Shown: positions 1 through 9,166 of the stretch, one piece after another
How positions within the stretch are numbered: position 1 is the first letter of the stretch
Layout of the letters: each line of letters begins with the position of its first letter
Assembly (NCBI GenBank): GCA_963741385.1
Contig: CAVUHO010000003.1
Span: 134,833-198,832, forward strand
Origin: Candidatus Sulfomarinibacteraceae bacterium
GTDB taxonomy: Bacteria; Acidobacteriota; Thermoanaerobaculia; Thermoanaerobaculales; Sulfomarinibacteraceae
Direction: 5' to 3'
DNA: 64,000 nucleotides
Position numbers and translations under genes: made by a program
Notes under the pieces: generated by a model
What the model was told of the DNA's origin: nothing
Seen by the model: only the letters and a program-made list of their open reading frames with translations
Databases searched by the model: none

Positions 1-40
1 GTCGAGGATGTCGATCCATTTCTCCAGATGCAGTGGAGGG

Positions 41-559
41 CTAGCTCCTCGACGGATAGACCCCATACAGACAGATGATGTAGTTGACCGCCAGCGAGGG
101 CTGGATGTTGTTGAACGACTGGTTGCCGCCGGTGTTTCCAATCGTCACGCCGCTCATGCCTGTTGATGGGCCCGAACTGGAATAGATGTCCTCGTTGGTT
201 CGTGCCAGGTATTTCCCAGTGGGGTCGGAAGCGTCCGCGGCCGCGGTGGAACCGCTCAACGCTATTCCGTGCGTGTGTGATGGGAGTTGCGTGATATTCA
301 GAGTTTCACGTTCGGCGCCGCCTTTTTCGCCAAGTCTTCGATCTGAAAGCCCCGGGCCGTTACCGGCATGGATGGCGACTCGGCCGCGAAGGTCGGGGAG
401 GGCAAAGGTGGTTTGGCCGTCGCCGCCATAGGTCGTCCCAAGGACGGAGAACAGGGCTTCATTCGAAAAGATAGACAGCAACTGTCCATCACAAAACGCC
501 CAGCTTCTGGGTGCGAAGTTGCCTCCAAACATCATGATCTGTCCGATGAATCCTTCCAT
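41..559 (-). CDS. Phage-tail-collar domain protein (MdpB/COG4675-like), tandem paralog 1
   Basis: ORF 41..607. Alignment with the two neighbouring paralogs puts the start at MEGFIGQ (ATG at 559). Shared motifs: FAPRSWAFCDGQLL, ALFSVLGTTYGGDG, TFALPDLRGR, QLPSHTH. Confidence 0.8.
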   Translation of the reverse strand: MEGFIGQIMMFGGNFAPRSWAFCDGQLLSIFSNEALFSVLGTTYGGDGQTTFALPDLRGRVAIHAGNGPGLSDRRLGEKGGAERETLNITQLPSHTHGIALSGSTAAADASDPTGKYLARTNEDIYSSSGPSTGMSGVTIGNTGGNQSFNNIQPSLAVNYIICLYGVYPSRS

Positions 560-634
560 CAAGATCTCCTTCTGTCCTGTGTCGCCAAGTACCCTATCCC
601 TGACCACGTCGTGTGGGGTAGATCTGTCAACAGG

Positions 635-1156
635 TCAGTCCCTCGAGGGGTAGATCCCCTGTAAACAGATGATGAAGTAAATTGCCAGGTAGGGCTGCAT
701 GTTGTTCACCGCCACGTTGTTGCCGGTGTTGCCGATCGACAATCCGCTCATACCGCTGGCGGGGCTCGACCCGGCGTAGATGTCCTCGGTGGGTTGTGCC
801 AGATATCTGCCGGTGGGGTCGGAGGCGTCCGCGGCCGCGGTGGAGCCGCTCAACTGAATGGGATGCGTGTGTGAAGGTATTTGCGTGACGTTCAAGATGT
901 TTTCGACTGTGCCCGTTCTCTCACCCTCCCGATAGTCCGAAAGTCCCGGGCCTTGGCGGGGGCCGACGAGAAACCGCCCGCGGAGATCGGGGAGGGCAAA
1001 TGTGGTGCGGCCGTCCCCTCCGTAGATGGTGCCCAGAATGGAAAACAAGGCGGTATTCGAAGAGATCGACAGCAACTGCCCGTCACAAAAGGCCCAATAC
1101 CTGGGCGCGAAGTTGCCAGCGAACAAGATGATCTGGCCGATGAATCCTTCCATCAA
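635..1156 (-). CDS. Phage-tail-collar domain protein, tandem paralog 2
   Basis: 173-aa ORF starting MMEGFIGQIILFAGNFAPRYWAFCDGQLL. It has the same motif set (TFALPDLRGR, QIPSHTH) and ends IICLQGIYPSRD, like paralog 1. Confidence 0.8.
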   Translation of the reverse strand: MMEGFIGQIILFAGNFAPRYWAFCDGQLLSISSNTALFSILGTIYGGDGRTTFALPDLRGRFLVGPRQGPGLSDYREGERTGTVENILNVTQIPSHTHPIQLSGSTAAADASDPTGRYLAQPTEDIYAGSSPASGMSGLSIGNTGNNVAVNNMQPYLAIYFIICLQGIYPSRD

Positions 1157-1226
1157 AAACTCCCTTTTCCTGTGACGGCCGCGTGTCCTGCTCCTGCCCC
1201 GTCATACGGACGGGTCGTTGGGGTTG

Positions 1227-1745
1227 CTAGCTTCGCACGGGAAAGATCCCCTGGATCGCGATGATGTAGTTGACCGCCAGCCAGGGCTGCATGTTGTTGA
1301 CCGACTGGTTGCCGCCAGTGCTGCCGAGCACCGGGCCGTTCATATTTGTGGGAGGTCCCGAACTGGAATAGGCGCGCACGTCAGTCTGTGCCGGGACTCT
1401 CCCGGAGGGGTCGGAGGCGTCGGCGGCGGCGGTGGTACCGCTCAACTGACCGGTGTGGGTGTGTGACGGCAGCTGGGAGGTACTCAAGGTATTGGTTTGC
1501 CAGCCGGCTCGCCCACCCACATAGTGGTTCGGGAGACCGGGGCCCTGTCCCGGTCCGATGGGACCTCTCCCGCGGAGATCCGGGAGAGCAAAGGTGATTC
1601 GACCGTCGCCGCCGTACATGGTTCCCAGAAGCGAAAAAAGAGCCTGGTTCTGGGAAATTGGGAGAAGCTGACCGTCACAAAGGGCCCAGCCCCTGGGTGC
1701 GAAATTTCCACCGAACATGACGATTTGGGCGAGGGTTGGTTCCAT
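1227..1745 (-). CDS. Phage-tail-collar domain protein, tandem paralog 3
   Basis: 172-aa ORF with FAPRGWALCDGQLL, ALFSLLGTMYGGDG, TFALPDLRGR and QLPSHTH. Co-directional with paralogs 1 and 2. Confidence 0.8.
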   Translation of the reverse strand: MEPTLAQIVMFGGNFAPRGWALCDGQLLPISQNQALFSLLGTMYGGDGRITFALPDLRGRGPIGPGQGPGLPNHYVGGRAGWQTNTLSTSQLPSHTHTGQLSGTTAAADASDPSGRVPAQTDVRAYSSSGPPTNMNGPVLGSTGGNQSVNNMQPWLAVNYIIAIQGIFPVRS

Positions 1746-1861
1746 CGAGATCTCCCTTGGTCAGCGCTGGGTTGTTGCCGGCCGCGCGCGCCGGTTCGGC
1801 GAGATACCGGTCATTCCAACCGGACTGCCGCGAAAGGGCAGGGACCCCATGATTTTCACGA

Positions 1862-2158
1862 TCAGTTGAAGATGCATTCGAAATAGCTCCCATCGGGATC
1901 CGGTTGGCGGGGGATGAGGAAAAGCTCCATCGTACCGAGCAGCGGGTGGCTGATCGCGTAAATGTTCTGCGGGAGGAAAAGACCACCCGGGCCGCGAAAC
2001 ATGAGTGCAAAGGGGTCCTGCCGCGGAGCGCCGGGATGTGCCGAGAGCGGTTTGACCTCGATGAGTTCGAGCACCACAGGTTCGCCCTCTCCGATTGTCA
2101 CGGTGAAGGTGGTGCCGACGTGGGGGCTGAATCGATCGAGAACGTATGTGTCTTCCAT
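1862..2158 (-). CDS. Small hypothetical protein, paralog of the C-terminal part of the next upstream gene
   Basis: ORF 1862..2188. The ATG at 2158 (MEDTYVLDRF) follows a GGGAAG RBS and lies 8 nt after the upstream stop. By-eye alignment to ORF 2167..2622 shows VG.TF ... L.F.GP ... H..LG ... E.IFN at the C-terminus. Confidence 0.55.
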   Translation of the reverse strand: MEDTYVLDRFSPHVGTTFTVTIGEGEPVVLELIEVKPLSAHPGAPRQDPFALMFRGPGGLFLPQNIYAISHPLLGTMELFLIPRQPDPDGSYFECIFN

Positions 2159-2166
2159 CGTCTTCC

Positions 2167-2622
2167 CTAGTTGAACCCGATCTCGCACAGGTTGGCCGTG
2201 GGCCGTCGCGGATCGGGGCGTGGATTGATGAAGGCCGGGAATCGCCCGAGCCTGGTGTGTTCAACGATGTGGGTGGCACTGGTGACGGGCTCGGGACCGG
2301 CCACCTCGAAGATCAACGAGCACCACTGGTCGGGCACGCCCGGGGGAAGCTCGGTGGAGTTGTTGTGGCGCCGGCGTTCGACATCTCTCAGGACCAACAC
2401 GGCGGGTTGCGCCTCTTCATCGAGGGGCGAACCGCATGCATAGAAGGTGTCGCCGACCAGCTCCTCCCAGGGTTTCTGGGCGATGTGGCTGATGCGGGTC
2501 GTGCCCCCCGCACCTTCCGATGTCGTGGCTGAGAGAGCAATGCCGCCACCGATGCCTGCGGCGCAGGCGTGGACCAGAAACTGGCGTCTGTTGGGTTGGT
2601 ACTGATCGTTTCGATCTTGCAT
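2167..2622 (-). CDS. Tat-signal hypothetical protein, paralogous domain to 1862..2158
   Basis: 151-aa ORF. Twin-arginine motif NRRQFLVHACAAGIGGGIALSA at the N-terminus. The C-terminal 100 aa align to the 98-aa neighbour and end EIGFN. Confidence 0.6.
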   Translation of the reverse strand: MQDRNDQYQPNRRQFLVHACAAGIGGGIALSATTSEGAGGTTRISHIAQKPWEELVGDTFYACGSPLDEEAQPAVLVLRDVERRRHNNSTELPPGVPDQWCSLIFEVAGPEPVTSATHIVEHTRLGRFPAFINPRPDPRRPTANLCEIGFN

Positions 2623-2644
2623 GGTATTGCGTCCTTTTCCCCGG

Positions 2645-3427
2645 TTACTGGCGCCGCAAGAGAATATATCCGGCGACCGCCAGGAGGCTCACCAGAACCG
2701 CGAATCCGAGGTGGGTGGCCGCGGGCACGCTGGTAACGGCGCTGCCGAAGCCGCGGATCATCCAGTTGCCGGCGACAAAACCATCGATCGTGGAGAAAAG
2801 GTTGTTGGCCGGAAGCAATGGTGGGTTCGGCGGGTCGCCGGTCCACACCGCAAGCCACGAACGGCCCTGGCTGGCCCCGGTGTCGATGGCAGCGGGTTGG
2901 GTCGCCGAGGTCACGCCTGATGTGACGAATCTGTCCACCACCCCGATGAGAACATCCCCCGGTTGGGAGATCAGGACTCCTGGATCGAGCGGATAGACCG
3001 AAAAGGTGTTGCCGTCGACCACTTGGATAGTCTCGTTGAAGGTCGCCACGAGGTCAGCGCCGTTGGACGGGTTGCCGTCTGGATCGTGGTACACGACGAG
3101 CTGGACGGCGGCGCCGGTCGTCACGTTGGGACCGGGTGGAAAAAGGACCCAGATCTCTTCCAAAGTGAATGGCAGCGAACCCGGCGTGAATCGGTTGAAC
3201 CACAGGAATTGCTGGGCGGTCGGTTGACCGACGCCAAACGCCCCTTCGCTCGAATCATCGTCCAGCACCAACTGGACGGCTGCGGGAGGGATCGGCGGCA
3301 GGGCCTTGAGCGAGGATTTGTTCGGCTGGAACGTTGTTTGAAGCTCCAACTCCGAGGCCGCGCCGGTGCCGCACACCATCAGCGCGACCGCGATGGCCCC
3401 GAAGATGACTTTTGATGACGTGTTCAT
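2645..3427 (-). CDS. Secreted hypothetical protein with exosortase-type (PEP-CTERM-like) C-terminal tail
   Basis: 260-aa ORF with signal peptide MNTSSKVIFGAIAVALMVCGTGAAS. The C-terminus VPAATHLGFAVLVSLLAVAGYILLRRQ is a short motif plus a hydrophobic helix plus a basic end. Confidence 0.65.
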   Translation of the reverse strand: MNTSSKVIFGAIAVALMVCGTGAASELELQTTFQPNKSSLKALPPIPPAAVQLVLDDDSSEGAFGVGQPTAQQFLWFNRFTPGSLPFTLEEIWVLFPPGPNVTTGAAVQLVVYHDPDGNPSNGADLVATFNETIQVVDGNTFSVYPLDPGVLISQPGDVLIGVVDRFVTSGVTSATQPAAIDTGASQGRSWLAVWTGDPPNPPLLPANNLFSTIDGFVAGNWMIRGFGSAVTSVPAATHLGFAVLVSLLAVAGYILLRRQ

Positions 3428-3448
3428 GGCTTCTCCAACCGGTCCTTT

Positions 3449-6400
3449 CTAAGGAGTGGTCAATGACCACATTGTTGTGCCGCCGCTTTCAAATCCATCG
3501 GAGAAGATCAGGTCTCCCTTTCCGAAGAACAGATCGTCGAGCCCAGCCGTGAAGTTCTGGCCGCCCGGCGTCGTGAACCTGAATGCGCAGCGTGCGGAAG
3601 AGGCACCTGCTGTCGTCGTCATCGTATCGGAGACCTCGATCCATGTACCACCCGTGCCACCCATGAGGTCGCTGTTGATCGAATTTCCGAGACCGGTCCC
3701 GGGCGCGCCGCAAAGGGTGGTGGAAAAGAACTCGCAGCTTCTGGAATAGGAGATGAAGCTGGTCGTGGTCAACCGCATCCGACCGACGATGTCGTAGTTC
3801 GTGGAAGGCGTCACTTTGACACACTGGCTGATCTCGAAGAGCGTATTCGCCGCCAGCTGCATGATCTGGGTGGAGCCCGAGATGGTCGAGCCGTCGGCGT
3901 CGTCGGAATCGCGGATGATCTCCACCGGATCTGAAACGCTCCAGCCGTCGAGACCGGTGGACGGGCAGTCGAAGTGGCCGTTTGTGAAATTGTTGAAGGG
4001 ATCGGAGCGGAATGTCCGCAAGAAGTCGTCCCCGGCCGCTCCGTCGCCGGTGCCGTCGAGCGGGTTGCCGGCGATATCGCGGATGGAGGTCGATCCGCAG
4101 ACGAGCAATCGCACCTGCGAGCTCGGGAGGCTGCCGGTAGCGAGTGTGGCGGTGCGGGTGGGTTCGTCATACGACACGGCCGTCAAGTTGACCACCTCAT
4201 CGTCGCCGAGCGGTCCTCCGCACACTGCGGTCGAGAAGTCGCCGTCGGGGCCGGATCCGATCACCAGATAGTTGGCCGGGTTGGTGACATCGTCGCTGTC
4301 GGTGTCACCGGGTGGATCGCGCACGGGTTCGGAGAAGATGACCCGCAGCGAGGTGATTGGCGACAGCACGGTGCGGCACGCCTCGAGTTCGCCGGCGCCC
4401 GGCTCCGCCAGGAGAGAAGTTACGGTCGGCGGCGTGGTGTCGGTGGTGGTTTCCTCGTCGTCGGTGTTGTCCTCGGCATCGAGCTCCGTTTCGGTGGCTG
4501 TCACGCTCGCGGTGTTGGTGATGATCGGCGGTGGATCGGGATTGACCGTCACCGAGATCGTGTACTGCTTCGAACCGCCAGCCGCGAGGGTACCGAGGGT
4601 GCAGGTCGGCACACCGCTCTGGTCCTCGGCGCAACCGGAGGTGGAAACCAGTGTCACCGACGCGGGCAGGGTGTCCGTCACCTCGACGCCGGTGGCGTCG
4701 GAGGGCCCCTGGTTGGTGATCGTCAACGTGTAGACAAGGGTCGCCCCCGGGGACCACGGGTTGGGCGAGCCGGTCTTGTCGAGCACCAGATCGATCTCTC
4801 GGGTCACCGAGGTCAACTCCGAGGCACTGTCGTTTGCCGGCACCGTGTCGGTTTCGTTGACCGCGGTGACGGTGGCGGTGGAGTCGACGACATCGGTGCC
4901 GGAGGCCGTCGAGGCCGAGACCGTGAGGACGACCGTCAGCGTTTCACTGTCGCCTCTGGCGAGGCCACCGAGGGTCCACGTGGGATCTGCAAACGAACCG
5001 CCGCTCGGTGTCACCGAGTCGATGGTGACCCCCGTCGGCAGCGTGAGGGCGGTTGTGATCGTCACGCCCGAGGCATCGGAAGGCCCGTTGTTGGTGGCGG
5101 TCACGACGTAGGTGAGGTTACCCGCTCCGGAGCCCGCCACCACTGGGTCGAAGGACTCCGCGACGGTCACCTCGACATCCACCTCACGCGTCACCGAGGT
5201 GTTCTCCGAAGAGGAGTCGTTTGCGGAGGAGGTGTCGGTTTCGTTGACCGCGGTGATGGTGGCGGTGGAGTCGATGACATTGGTGCCGAAGGCCGCGGAG
5301 TTGTCCACGGTCAGCGTCACCGTCAAGGTTTCGCTTGCGCCCGCCGCGACATAACCGAGGGTCCAGGTGGGGTCCGCAAACGAACCAGCGCTCGGTGTCA
5401 CCGAGTCGACAGTGACCCCCTCGGGCAGGGTCAGGATCTCGGAGAGAGTCACCCCTGAAGCGTCGGATGGGCCGTTGTTGGTCGCGGTCACTGTGTAGAC
5501 CAGGTTGCCGGCGCCGGATCCCGCCACCACCGGGTCAATGGACTCGGTAGTCGAAACCTCGAGATCAACCTCTCGCGAAACCGAGGTGGTTTCGGTCGAG
5601 GTGTCGTTCGCGGTGGAGGTGTCGGTTTCGTTCAACGCCGTCACCGTCGCGGTCGAACCGATCACGTCGCTGCCGGCGACCGTCGAGGAGGCCACGGTGA
5701 GCGTCACCGTCAATGTCTCGCTCGCGCCGCTGGCGAGATCACCGATGGTCCAGGTGGGTCCGGCCCACGAACCGGCCCCGCTGGGCACCACGGAATCAGC
5801 CGAGGCCCCTGCCGGCAGCGTCAGGACCTCTGACACCGTGAGACCGGTCGCGTTGGCCGGTCCGTTGTTGGTGGCGGTCACGGTGTAGACCAGATTGCCG
5901 GCGCCGGATCCCGCCACCACCGGGTCGATCGACCCAGAGGTGGTCAGCTCGATGTCGACCCGGCGTGTCACCGATGTGGCCTCGGTGGCCGAGTTGTTGT
6001 CGGTGTCGGTCTCCGGTTCGTTGACTGCGGTGAGGGTAGCGGTGGTCGAGATGACGTCGGTGCCGGCCGCAGCCGAGCTCTGGACCGAGAGGACCAGCGT
6101 CAGGGTCTCGCTGGCGCCGTTGACCAGATCACCGATGGTCCATGTGGGGTCCGTCCACGTAGTGGCCCCGCTGGGCGTGATCGAGTCGATCGCCACTCCG
6201 GCGGGCAGGGTCAGGATATTGCTCGCCGTGACGCCGGATGCATCGCCGGGACCAATGTTGGTGGCGGTCACCACGTAGGTCAGATTGCCCGCACCGGAAC
6301 CGGCGATGACGGGATCGATGCTTTCGGCGGCGGCAATCTCGATATCCACGTTCCGCGTTACCGATGTGGCGACGGAGGAGGTGTCGTTCGCTGCGTTGGT

Positions 6401-9166
6401 GTCGGTTTCGTTCACAGCTGTTACGGTTGCGGTGGAGCCGATGACGTCGGTGCCGGCGGTCGTCGAGGCAGCCACAGTGAGAGTCACCGTCAATGTCGCG
6501 CTGGCGCCGGCGGCGAGGCTACCGAGGGTCCACGTGGGATCTGCAAACGAACCGCCGCTCGGTGTCACCGAGTCGATGGTGACCCCCGTCGGCAGCGTGA
6601 GGGTCTCTGAGATCGTCAGACCTGAGGCATCGCCCGGTCCCTTGTTGGCGGCGGTCACGGTGTAGACCAGGTTACCGGCACCGGAGCCGGCCATCACCGG
6701 GTCGATCGACTCGGTGGTGGTGAGTTCGATGTCGACCTGGCGTGTCACCGATGTGGCCTCGGTGGCCTCGTTGTTGTCGGTGACGGTCTCCGGCTGGGTG
6801 GTGGCGGTGATTGTGGCCGTGTTGGAGATGACATCGGTGCCGGCTGCCGTGGAGCTCTGCACCGTGAGGACCACGGTGAGGGTTGCGCTGGCGCCGTTGG
6901 CCAGATCACCGACGGTCCAGGTGGACGGAGCTGTCCAAACGGTGCCTGCACTGGGAGTGACCGAGTCCCTTGCCACTCCGGCTGGCAAGGTCAGGACGTT
7001 GCTCACCACGACGCCGGAGGCATCAACGGGACCGTTGTTGGTGGTGGTCACGGTGTAGGTGAGATTGCCTGCTGCGGAGCCGGCGACCACCGGGTCGACG
7101 GAGTCGACGACGGTCACGGCGATGTCGACGATTCTGATGTTGCCGAAAACGAGACCTGTCACGTCGACCCCACTCACAGTCGTGATGTCATGGACCGCGG
7201 GAAGCGTCGTTTGAACGGTGCCCGCCGGTGTGAGTTGGCGAACGAAATACCGTCCACCGCCCACGTTCGAGAAACCGAAAAGGCCTGCGAGGTCGGAGCC
7301 TGTCGAGTCAATTGAAACGTCGTCACCGATCCCGAAGTCCGGTGTGCCGTCGCCACCGTCCCGCCACAACTCGATCGTCACCATCGGAAACGCCGGGTCA
7401 CCGGTTGGGCTGCCGTCTCCGTTGAGGTCTTCGAAGACCAGTCCCGAAATGCTGACGGGTGTGAAGGGCCTGAGACCGGCGTCGATGGAGAGATCTTCGA
7501 TAGTGAAGGTCACATCGGCCTGACCGTCCGCCGGATCGAAGTTGCTGTCGAGTTCGAAGTCGCCGCCCTGTTCCTTGGGCGAAAGCTCGGATTCGGGCGG
7601 AAAACTGACCGTGAGCGTGTAGGAGCCAGGCAGCAGAGCGGGGAAGAGATACCTGCCGTTGACGTCGCTGGTGGTCGAAACACTCACCGACCCGGCGATC
7701 GCGACGGAAACGGCGTGGACACCCGGTTCGCCACCGTCCTGGATGCCGTCACTGTTGGTGTCGCTCCATACGAAGTCCCCAAGGTTGGCGGGAAGGTCTT
7801 CGGCGGCGATGACGCCCGCGGCCACCGTGACGGTTCCGGTGACCACGATTGGCGTACCGGCATTGGTGTTGTCCGCGATCACCGTCGCCGGAACGAACGA
7901 AGCCGAGTTCCCCTGATCCAACTGGACCGTGCTGACGGCCTGATCAATCTGATATGCGGAGGCGCCAGGGGTCTGGACGGTGTTGCCGGAGATGTCGAGG
8001 TCCAACGTGTAGACGCCGTTGTTTGCGTCGGCGTCGATCAGAATGCCCTCGCCAGTCGGGCTGGTGATGGTGTTTCCGGTGAGGACCACCTTCCAGAGAC
8101 CGCCGGAGCCGGTCGACGCGTCCTGTGGTCGCATCCGGATTCCGGCTCCGGAACCGGTGCCTGTGACGGTGTTGGCGTCGATCAGAACGTTGGCGATGAT
8201 GTCTGCGGAGGCCGAACCCCCATCGATGAAGATGCCGTTGTTTCCGGGGGCGGTGATCTGGTTGTTGCGGACGATGACGGACGTGGTCGTGGCGGCGCCC
8301 TCGAGGTCGACGAGGATGGCCTGTGACAGAGGGCTGGTGATCTGGTTGTCTTCAATGGCGATCGATGCGGAGGTGCCGACACTTCCGGTGTCTCCCAGGT
8401 CGACATCGATGGGGCTCCCCGATCCGGCGGCTGCATTGAACGTGTTGTTGATGATCCGACCGAGGATCACCGGCCCTGCCGGGCCGCTCGGCGACTGGAC
8501 GTCGATCTTGATGCCGTCGTCCTGCAGCATCGTAAAGGTGTTGTCCTCTGCGATGAGGTTGATGGACGGTGCGCCGGTGATCTCGATCTCGACCGCGTCC
8601 TGATTATCGGCGGGGGTTTCGAAACTGTTTCCCCGGACCTCGAGGGTGGTGACGGTGGACCCCGATACCGCCATCAGCACGCCAACGCCTCCGTATCCCG
8701 GGCCGAAGGTGTTGTCGAGCACGGTGACGACGCCGTCAATATTGATGAGTGAGAGGACACCGGTGGGAACGCCGGCGTCGGCATCGAGCACAAAACCGCT
8801 GACCGTTATGTTGCCCGCAAAGCCTGTAGCGCGGAACGCCGCACCCATTCCGCCGTCGACGGTGGCGCCCAGCGGGTTGGCTGCACGAATCGTCAGGTCG
8901 CCGACCGTGGGCGTTCCCAACGCGCTGCCCATCAGGCCGAGATCGACGCTCTCGTCGTACGAGCCGTCGTCAACCACGATTTCATCGCCTGGAGAGGCGT
9001 TGTTCACGGCCTCCTGGATCGTTGTGTAATCGTCAGAAACCGAGATCGTTGCGGCCTCTGAAAATGCTGGCAGCACCAGACATACGGCCATGATCGTCAG
9101 CGTCATCGACACACTCCAAATCGGGGGCTGAGGTGTCTTCGCGCATTCGTCGGAGTCGGTCGTCAT
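3449..9166 (-). CDS. Giant secreted surface protein with parallel beta-helix repeats, two SdrD-B/Cna-B-like units, seven DUF11-type repeats and Ig-like plus CBM-like C-terminal modules
   Basis: 1905-aa ORF with signal peptide MTLTIMAVCLVLPAFSEA (alternative start at 9106). It has NNxF/NNQIT beta-helix repeats and GDFVWSDTNSDGIQDGGEPG...NGRYLF...GSYTL. It contains seven units of about 130 aa each, with the core DPV.AGS.AGNL.YTVT..N.GP.DA.GV. The C-terminus is LIFSDGFESGGTTMWSLTTP. Confidence 0.85.
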   Translation of the reverse strand: MTTDSDECAKTPQPPIWSVSMTLTIMAVCLVLPAFSEAATISVSDDYTTIQEAVNNASPGDEIVVDDGSYDESVDLGLMGSALGTPTVGDLTIRAANPLGATVDGGMGAAFRATGFAGNITVSGFVLDADAGVPTGVLSLINIDGVVTVLDNTFGPGYGGVGVLMAVSGSTVTTLEVRGNSFETPADNQDAVEIEITGAPSINLIAEDNTFTMLQDDGIKIDVQSPSGPAGPVILGRIINNTFNAAAGSGSPIDVDLGDTGSVGTSASIAIEDNQITSPLSQAILVDLEGAATTTSVIVRNNQITAPGNNGIFIDGGSASADIIANVLIDANTVTGTGSGAGIRMRPQDASTGSGGLWKVVLTGNTITSPTGEGILIDADANNGVYTLDLDISGNTVQTPGASAYQIDQAVSTVQLDQGNSASFVPATVIADNTNAGTPIVVTGTVTVAAGVIAAEDLPANLGDFVWSDTNSDGIQDGGEPGVHAVSVAIAGSVSVSTTSDVNGRYLFPALLPGSYTLTVSFPPESELSPKEQGGDFELDSNFDPADGQADVTFTIEDLSIDAGLRPFTPVSISGLVFEDLNGDGSPTGDPAFPMVTIELWRDGGDGTPDFGIGDDVSIDSTGSDLAGLFGFSNVGGGRYFVRQLTPAGTVQTTLPAVHDITTVSGVDVTGLVFGNIRIVDIAVTVVDSVDPVVAGSAAGNLTYTVTTTNNGPVDASGVVVSNVLTLPAGVARDSVTPSAGTVWTAPSTWTVGDLANGASATLTVVLTVQSSTAAGTDVISNTATITATTQPETVTDNNEATEATSVTRQVDIELTTTESIDPVMAGSGAGNLVYTVTAANKGPGDASGLTISETLTLPTGVTIDSVTPSGGSFADPTWTLGSLAAGASATLTVTLTVAASTTAGTDVIGSTATVTAVNETDTNAANDTSSVATSVTRNVDIEIAAAESIDPVIAGSGAGNLTYVVTATNIGPGDASGVTASNILTLPAGVAIDSITPSGATTWTDPTWTIGDLVNGASETLTLVLSVQSSAAAGTDVISTTATLTAVNEPETDTDNNSATEATSVTRRVDIELTTSGSIDPVVAGSGAGNLVYTVTATNNGPANATGLTVSEVLTLPAGASADSVVPSGAGSWAGPTWTIGDLASGASETLTVTLTVASSTVAGSDVIGSTATVTALNETDTSTANDTSTETTSVSREVDLEVSTTESIDPVVAGSGAGNLVYTVTATNNGPSDASGVTLSEILTLPEGVTVDSVTPSAGSFADPTWTLGYVAAGASETLTVTLTVDNSAAFGTNVIDSTATITAVNETDTSSANDSSSENTSVTREVDVEVTVAESFDPVVAGSGAGNLTYVVTATNNGPSDASGVTITTALTLPTGVTIDSVTPSGGSFADPTWTLGGLARGDSETLTVVLTVSASTASGTDVVDSTATVTAVNETDTVPANDSASELTSVTREIDLVLDKTGSPNPWSPGATLVYTLTITNQGPSDATGVEVTDTLPASVTLVSTSGCAEDQSGVPTCTLGTLAAGGSKQYTISVTVNPDPPPIITNTASVTATETELDAEDNTDDEETTTDTTPPTVTSLLAEPGAGELEACRTVLSPITSLRVIFSEPVRDPPGDTDSDDVTNPANYLVIGSGPDGDFSTAVCGGPLGDDEVVNLTAVSYDEPTRTATLATGSLPSSQVRLLVCGSTSIRDIAGNPLDGTGDGAAGDDFLRTFRSDPFNNFTNGHFDCPSTGLDGWSVSDPVEIIRDSDDADGSTISGSTQIMQLAANTLFEISQCVKVTPSTNYDIVGRMRLTTTSFISYSRSCEFFSTTLCGAPGTGLGNSINSDLMGGTGGTWIEVSDTMTTTAGASSARCAFRFTTPGGQNFTAGLDDLFFGKGDLIFSDGFESGGTTMWSLTTP
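4400..7125. repeat. Intragenic tandem repeat of about 390 bp x7 (DUF11 units of the giant protein)
   Basis: The plus-strand shadow ORFs recur every 390 bp (5505, 5895, 6285). The protein repeat is 130 aa. Six units are highly similar and the seventh (about 4400-4790) is more diverged. Boundaries are approximate. Confidence 0.75.

Noticed and set aside
1-40. Possible 3' end of a further minus-strand gene at the window edge
   Set aside because: Only 40 nt are available, too short to support any call.
41-1745. Prophage or tailocin remnant, suggested by the phage-tail-collar domains
   Set aside because: No other phage structural, lysis, replication or integrase genes lie within 9 kb. The neighbours are secreted cellular proteins. 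Tail-collar (MdpB-like) proteins are common as non-phage cellular genes.
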